42,525 bases of DNA, taken from positions 1 through 42,525 of the forward strand of contig CAVWCX010000025.1 of assembly GCA_963753595.1 (NCBI GenBank), read 5' to 3'. Source of the stretch: Candidatus Methanoperedenaceae archaeon (lineage in GTDB: Archaea; Halobacteriota; Methanosarcinia; Methanosarcinales; Methanoperedenaceae). Positions within the stretch are counted from its first letter, which is position 1, and the number at the start of each line of letters is the position of its first letter. Below the pieces are notes generated by a model that saw only the letters and a list, made by a program, of their open reading frames with translations, had not been told where the DNA came from and searched no databases. A program made the translations under genes and the position numbers. Positions 38,984-42,525 of this stretch are shown in pieces.

Positions 38984-39073
38984 AATAATTGCACTCTTTT
39001 GTGATTATACTTATAATTATCATTGTATAAAAAGATAGTGCAGGAATCCATCATTAATTAATCTATCAGGAAT

Positions 39074-40459
39074 TCAGGCTTTCTTCAATATTCCCCTTCC
39101 CGCAATCACACCAGTTGCCGCAGCATTCACAATATCCCTTGAAAGCCCGGCGCCATCCCCGGCCGCGAAAAGATTCTTGACACTTGACTCCATGTCACGG
39201 TCAACAATCACCTGCATCGAATAGAACTTTATCTCAGGAGCATATAATAATGTGGAATCGGCGGCAACTCCCGGAATTATCTCATTTAATACATCAAGCC
39301 CTTCCCTGATATCGGTAACGATGCGGTGCGGCAGCGCCATGGAAATATCACCTGGCGTCACGTCTTTAAGGGAATTTATGACCTGGTTCTTTTTAAGCCT
39401 TTTCTCAGTGGTTCGCCTTCCTCGCCGCAGATCTCCCATCCTCTGGATCACAGGTTTCCCGCCGCCGATAGTTGTTGCAAGCTTTGCGATAGACCTTCCA
39501 TAGCGTACGGTATTCTCGATGGGTTCAGTGAGTTCGACCCGGACAATGAAAGCGAAATTCGTGTTCTCTGATTGCTCATTTGTCATGGAATGACCATTTG
39601 TGGCAATGAAATCCTCATATTCCTCTTTTACCACAAAACCCCTCTCATTTGTACAGAAAGTCCTCACAAAATCATCATAGGTCTTTGTCTGGATGTGAAA
39701 TTTCGGGTCATGATTTATATATGTTATCGGGTCCATTATTATTGAAGGGACTTCCACCCTTACTCCTACATCAATAGGAGCATATTTTGCCTCGATTTTG
39801 TGTTTATGGAGGATCTCATCGATCCATTTCGCGCCAACTCTTCCAGGCGCGATGATAGTAAAGCGGGAGCTTATTTTTGTACCGTCTTTTAATACGACAC
39901 CTGTGCAGGTATTTTCTTCTATGACCAGGTCCTCTACTTTCGTATCCAGCAGGAACTCAACACCCTTCTCTAACATGTCCTTTTCAAAATTTGCGATAAC
40001 TACAGGCGCATTATCAGACCCGATATGCCTCTGGATAATTTCAATGAATCGCGCCCCGACAGACGCTGCCCTTCGCTTTAACTGCTCCACCTCATCGCCT
40101 TTAGGGATATAAAGATGGTCAGGAGCTCCGTATTTCAGGAATACCTTATCAACATAATCAACAAGCTGCCATGCATATTCAGTATCCCCGGTCTGCTCGG
40201 CAAGATCACCGCCGATGTCCGGCCTGAGGTTCAGCGTCCCATCTGAATATGTCCCCGCCCCGCCCACGCCGCACATAATGTCGCATGGGTCGCAATGGGT
40301 GCAGATGCCACGGCGCTTCATTTTGCATTCCCGTTCTTTAATATCACGGCCCATATCTATGACAAGAACATCCATCTTTTCGGCAAGCTCATGCGCTGCG
40401 AATATCCCTGCCGGTCCTGCGCCTACAATAATGACATCATATTCCTTTTTCTGCATCAT
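39074..40459 (-). CDS. FAD-dependent oxidoreductase (COG2509-like)
   Basis: IVGAGPAG, a Cys cluster, GVGGAGTYSDG, VRTFCTN, NTNFA, AGDGAGLSR; ATGA overlap with purP. Confidence 0.9.
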   Translation of the reverse strand: MMQKKEYDVIIVGAGPAGIFAAHELAEKMDVLVIDMGRDIKERECKMKRRGICTHCDPCDIMCGVGGAGTYSDGTLNLRPDIGGDLAEQTGDTEYAWQLVDYVDKVFLKYGAPDHLYIPKGDEVEQLKRRAASVGARFIEIIQRHIGSDNAPVVIANFEKDMLEKGVEFLLDTKVEDLVIEENTCTGVVLKDGTKISSRFTIIAPGRVGAKWIDEILHKHKIEAKYAPIDVGVRVEVPSIIMDPITYINHDPKFHIQTKTYDDFVRTFCTNERGFVVKEEYEDFIATNGHSMTNEQSENTNFAFIVRVELTEPIENTVRYGRSIAKLATTIGGGKPVIQRMGDLRRGRRTTEKRLKKNQVINSLKDVTPGDISMALPHRIVTDIREGLDVLNEIIPGVAADSTLLYAPEIKFYSMQVIVDRDMESSVKNLFAAGDGAGLSRDIVNAAATGVIAGRGILKKA

Positions 40460-41526
40460 GATATTACTTCCGGGAGTGAATCCGTATCCCGTGCAATTTT
40501 TATCTCGCGGGCTATACGCCGCCCCATGGATAGGTTCTCTTCTATGAGATCCGAATATGGCGAACCGGAAATGAAAAGATTTGTCCCTGCAACTATGCGG
40601 GCTGATATTTCAAAAACCTTCAATTCAAGTGAGTCTGTTACAACAGTTTCAAGACAGAATGGCCCGATCATACCCCCGAACAACTCAAGTGATCTTTCTA
40701 CTACCTTCTCTCCCATCTCGAAAATCTTGGGAAGGAGCGATTCCCGAATCATGAGGGGCAGGTTTCCCGTCACTACAAATGTCGGATAAATGCCGGCCTG
40801 TGCCAGCTCAGTTGGTGATCCGATCCTGAATATCTCATCCGCATTTGATTCAACACGCCTGTCAATGCCAAGTAGTTCAAGTGACCCTTTGCTTAGCTTA
40901 TATCCATCAGGCTTAATTGGTGAATAGAAATAATGCATGTAATAACGTGTTCCCAGGACGAATTCCTGTATGGTGTATTTTTCAGCAGGATTTATACGTT
41001 TCTGGAAATCAGCATAATTCTTTACAACAAAAAATCCCATTCCCCCTTTTGCGCCATAATACTTGACCATCATAGGAGTATCGATATCTTCCGGATTCTT
41101 TATCTGGCGCGGCATTTTTATTCCCGCTGATTCCAGCCATTTGCGACTCATATCCCGGTCTGATTCCCATTCAAGAACGCTGCGGTTCCCGTATGTGGGA
41201 AGACGCAGTTTCTGGAAATTTTCAGGGCCAAGATATTCCACGAAAGAGCCGTGCGGGATTATGATCGCATTCTTTGCTGCCAGCTCTTTTGTTTTTGAAA
41301 GGATTTCCTTATAATCTTTAACAATAAAAAATTCATCAGGCTTCCCTTTCGGAAAAGCATCATAGAATTTTGGGGGCGATCCTACACTTATCCCGATGGT
41401 CTTGAAACCTTCTTTTCTTGCCCCGTCAAATATCTGAAGGCTACTATGTGAACAAACAGTAGCAATAGCTATATTCTCTTTATCGTAACCACCTAAAATT
41501 CCAAGTATCTCCTTCTTTTCTACCAT
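40456..41526 (-). CDS. purP: FAICAR synthetase (formate-dependent AICAR formyltransferase), PurP family
   Basis: ATVCSHSSLQI, IPHGSFVEY, GAKGG, GIDRRVESN, GPFCLE, FEISARIVAGTN. Confidence 0.93.
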   Translation of the reverse strand: MVEKKEILGILGGYDKENIAIATVCSHSSLQIFDGARKEGFKTIGISVGSPPKFYDAFPKGKPDEFFIVKDYKEILSKTKELAAKNAIIIPHGSFVEYLGPENFQKLRLPTYGNRSVLEWESDRDMSRKWLESAGIKMPRQIKNPEDIDTPMMVKYYGAKGGMGFFVVKNYADFQKRINPAEKYTIQEFVLGTRYYMHYFYSPIKPDGYKLSKGSLELLGIDRRVESNADEIFRIGSPTELAQAGIYPTFVVTGNLPLMIRESLLPKIFEMGEKVVERSLELFGGMIGPFCLETVVTDSLELKVFEISARIVAGTNLFISGSPYSDLIEENLSMGRRIAREIKIARDTDSLPEVIS

Positions 41527-41678
41527 TATGCACCTGTATAGTGCAACGGTTATATATTTTACCGGGTTAATTAATCTTGTGGATGCGGGAGGATTAGATA
41601 GATCGAAAGAGTCCTGAATTAAGGAGATATAAACAGCTCAACTGCATCTAAGGGAACAAAAACAATTATGAGTTTTCA

Positions 41679-41822
41679 TTATTTCCATTCATACATTTCG
41701 ACATGCGGGGTCTCACAGCGAAGGCAGCTTCCGCACATAACATTCACATTGAATTGCGGCGCTTTGCAATCTTCGCATGGGGTGCATTCCTCACAGCCTT
41801 TCTTGCACTGGCGTAAATCCAT
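41679..41822 (-). CDS. Cys-rich microprotein (47 aa, 8 Cys)
   Basis: Below the ORF-track cutoff. Manual translation MDLRQCKKGCEECTPCEDCKAPQFNVNVMCGSCLRCETPHVEMYEWK; GC is higher than the flanks. Confidence 0.65.
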   Translation of the reverse strand: MDLRQCKKGCEECTPCEDCKAPQFNVNVMCGSCLRCETPHVEMYEWK

Positions 41823-41961
41823 AATAATACATATTTTATCATACTAAAAATAGCTTGTGGTTCAAATATCTTGAAAACTCTGAAGTGCGATTTTACTTAC
41901 CTTAAATTTATCTCAAAATAGTTATCGTTATTAATTCCAATATCAGGATTAGAAGGAAAGG

Positions 41962-42525
41962 ATGATGAAATCAACTGGTTTTAAAATTGAAAATGTAGTT
42001 TCCACTACTAAACTTTCAGATAATTTTGATCTGAATGATATTAAATCAAAGCTTGAGAATGCCGAATACAATAAATCAAGGTTTCCAGGTCTTGTTTATA
42101 GGATGAAGGATCCAAAAGCTGTTTTTTTGCTGTTTAATTCAGGCAAAGTTGTATGCACAGGCTGCAAATCCATTGAAGATGCGAACAAATCCGGCGAAAT
42201 GCTCAATAAAAAACTCGTTGACCTGGGGATAAAAACCGCTGGCAATTATAAAGTGACTATTCAGAATATAGTTGCATCCGCTGTCCTCGGAGATGTCCTG
42301 AATCTAAATGCTGTAGCATTGGGATTGGGAATGGAAAACATCGAATATGAGCCGGAACAGTTCCCCGGGCTGGTGTATCGAATGTTTGACCCAAAAGTAG
42401 TAATTTTATTGTTCGGTTCCGGAAAACTCGTCATAACTGGTGGAAAGTCTCCGAAGGATTGTGAAAATGCATTAATTCGAATCAGGAACATGCTTTTCAA
42501 TTTAAACTTATTGAGCCAGCCCTGA
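41962..42525 (+). CDS. tbp: TATA-box binding protein
   Basis: Two repeats: IENVV...[11 protein letters not shown]...SGKVVCTG and IQNIVAS...[17 protein letters not shown]...SGKLVITG. Confidence 0.97.
   Translation: MMKSTGFKIENVVSTTKLSDNFDLNDIKSKLENAEYNKSRFPGLVYRMKDPKAVFLLFNSGKVVCTGCKSIEDANKSGEMLNKKLVDLGIKTAGNYKVTIQNIVASAVLGDVLNLNAVALGLGMENIEYEPEQFPGLVYRMFDPKVVILLFGSGKLVITGGKSPKDCENALIRIRNMLFNLNLLSQP

Noticed and set aside
39074-40459. FAD/Cys-cluster oxidoreductase as the missing epoxyqueuosine reductase
   Set aside because: It has no QueG or QueH motifs, the family is widespread in organisms without this link, and it is coupled to purP. Proximity alone is not enough.
41524-41679. Short ORF MKTHNCFCSLRCS-UGA in frame with purP (possible Sec or readthrough extension)
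   Set aside because: purP has its own TATA-like box about 25 nt upstream and a normal N-terminus, and no Sec evidence is present; probably chance.

Overview
Archaeal chromosomal DNA of moderate GC content. The markers are TBP, PurP, family-B DNA polymerase with a PIP box, SepCysS, Trm112, and archaeal-type PGK and PyrH. SepCysS plus a Methanosarcina-like TBP point to Methanosarcinales; Ca. Methanoperedens (ANME-2d) is my inference from gene style and is not verified. Most of the window is housekeeping and membrane genes, with three accessory patches: (1) a TetR - rifampin-phosphotransferase-like kinase - B12 radical SAM operon with three tandem operators (1-4.7 kb); (2) a REP-like repeat cluster, a TPR gene and a broken vapBC module (16.7-19.9 kb); (3) a decayed AT-rich island with ISAzo13 and IS4/ISH8 elements (26.2-30.6 kb). 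The most striking signal is an intact, tightly coupled bacterial-type queA-tgt pair (35954-38069). This is tRNA queuosine-34 machinery, in a domain classically described as making archaeosine and not queuosine. Other notable items are an unannotated 47-aa 8-Cys microprotein, an archaellin-like domain fused to a duplicated membrane module, an Amt with substitutions at the ammonium-binding site and Phe gate, a flippase split at an A-tract slippery site, and a structured GC-rich intergenic element at about 8.5 kb. All calls come from reading motifs by eye; no searches were run.
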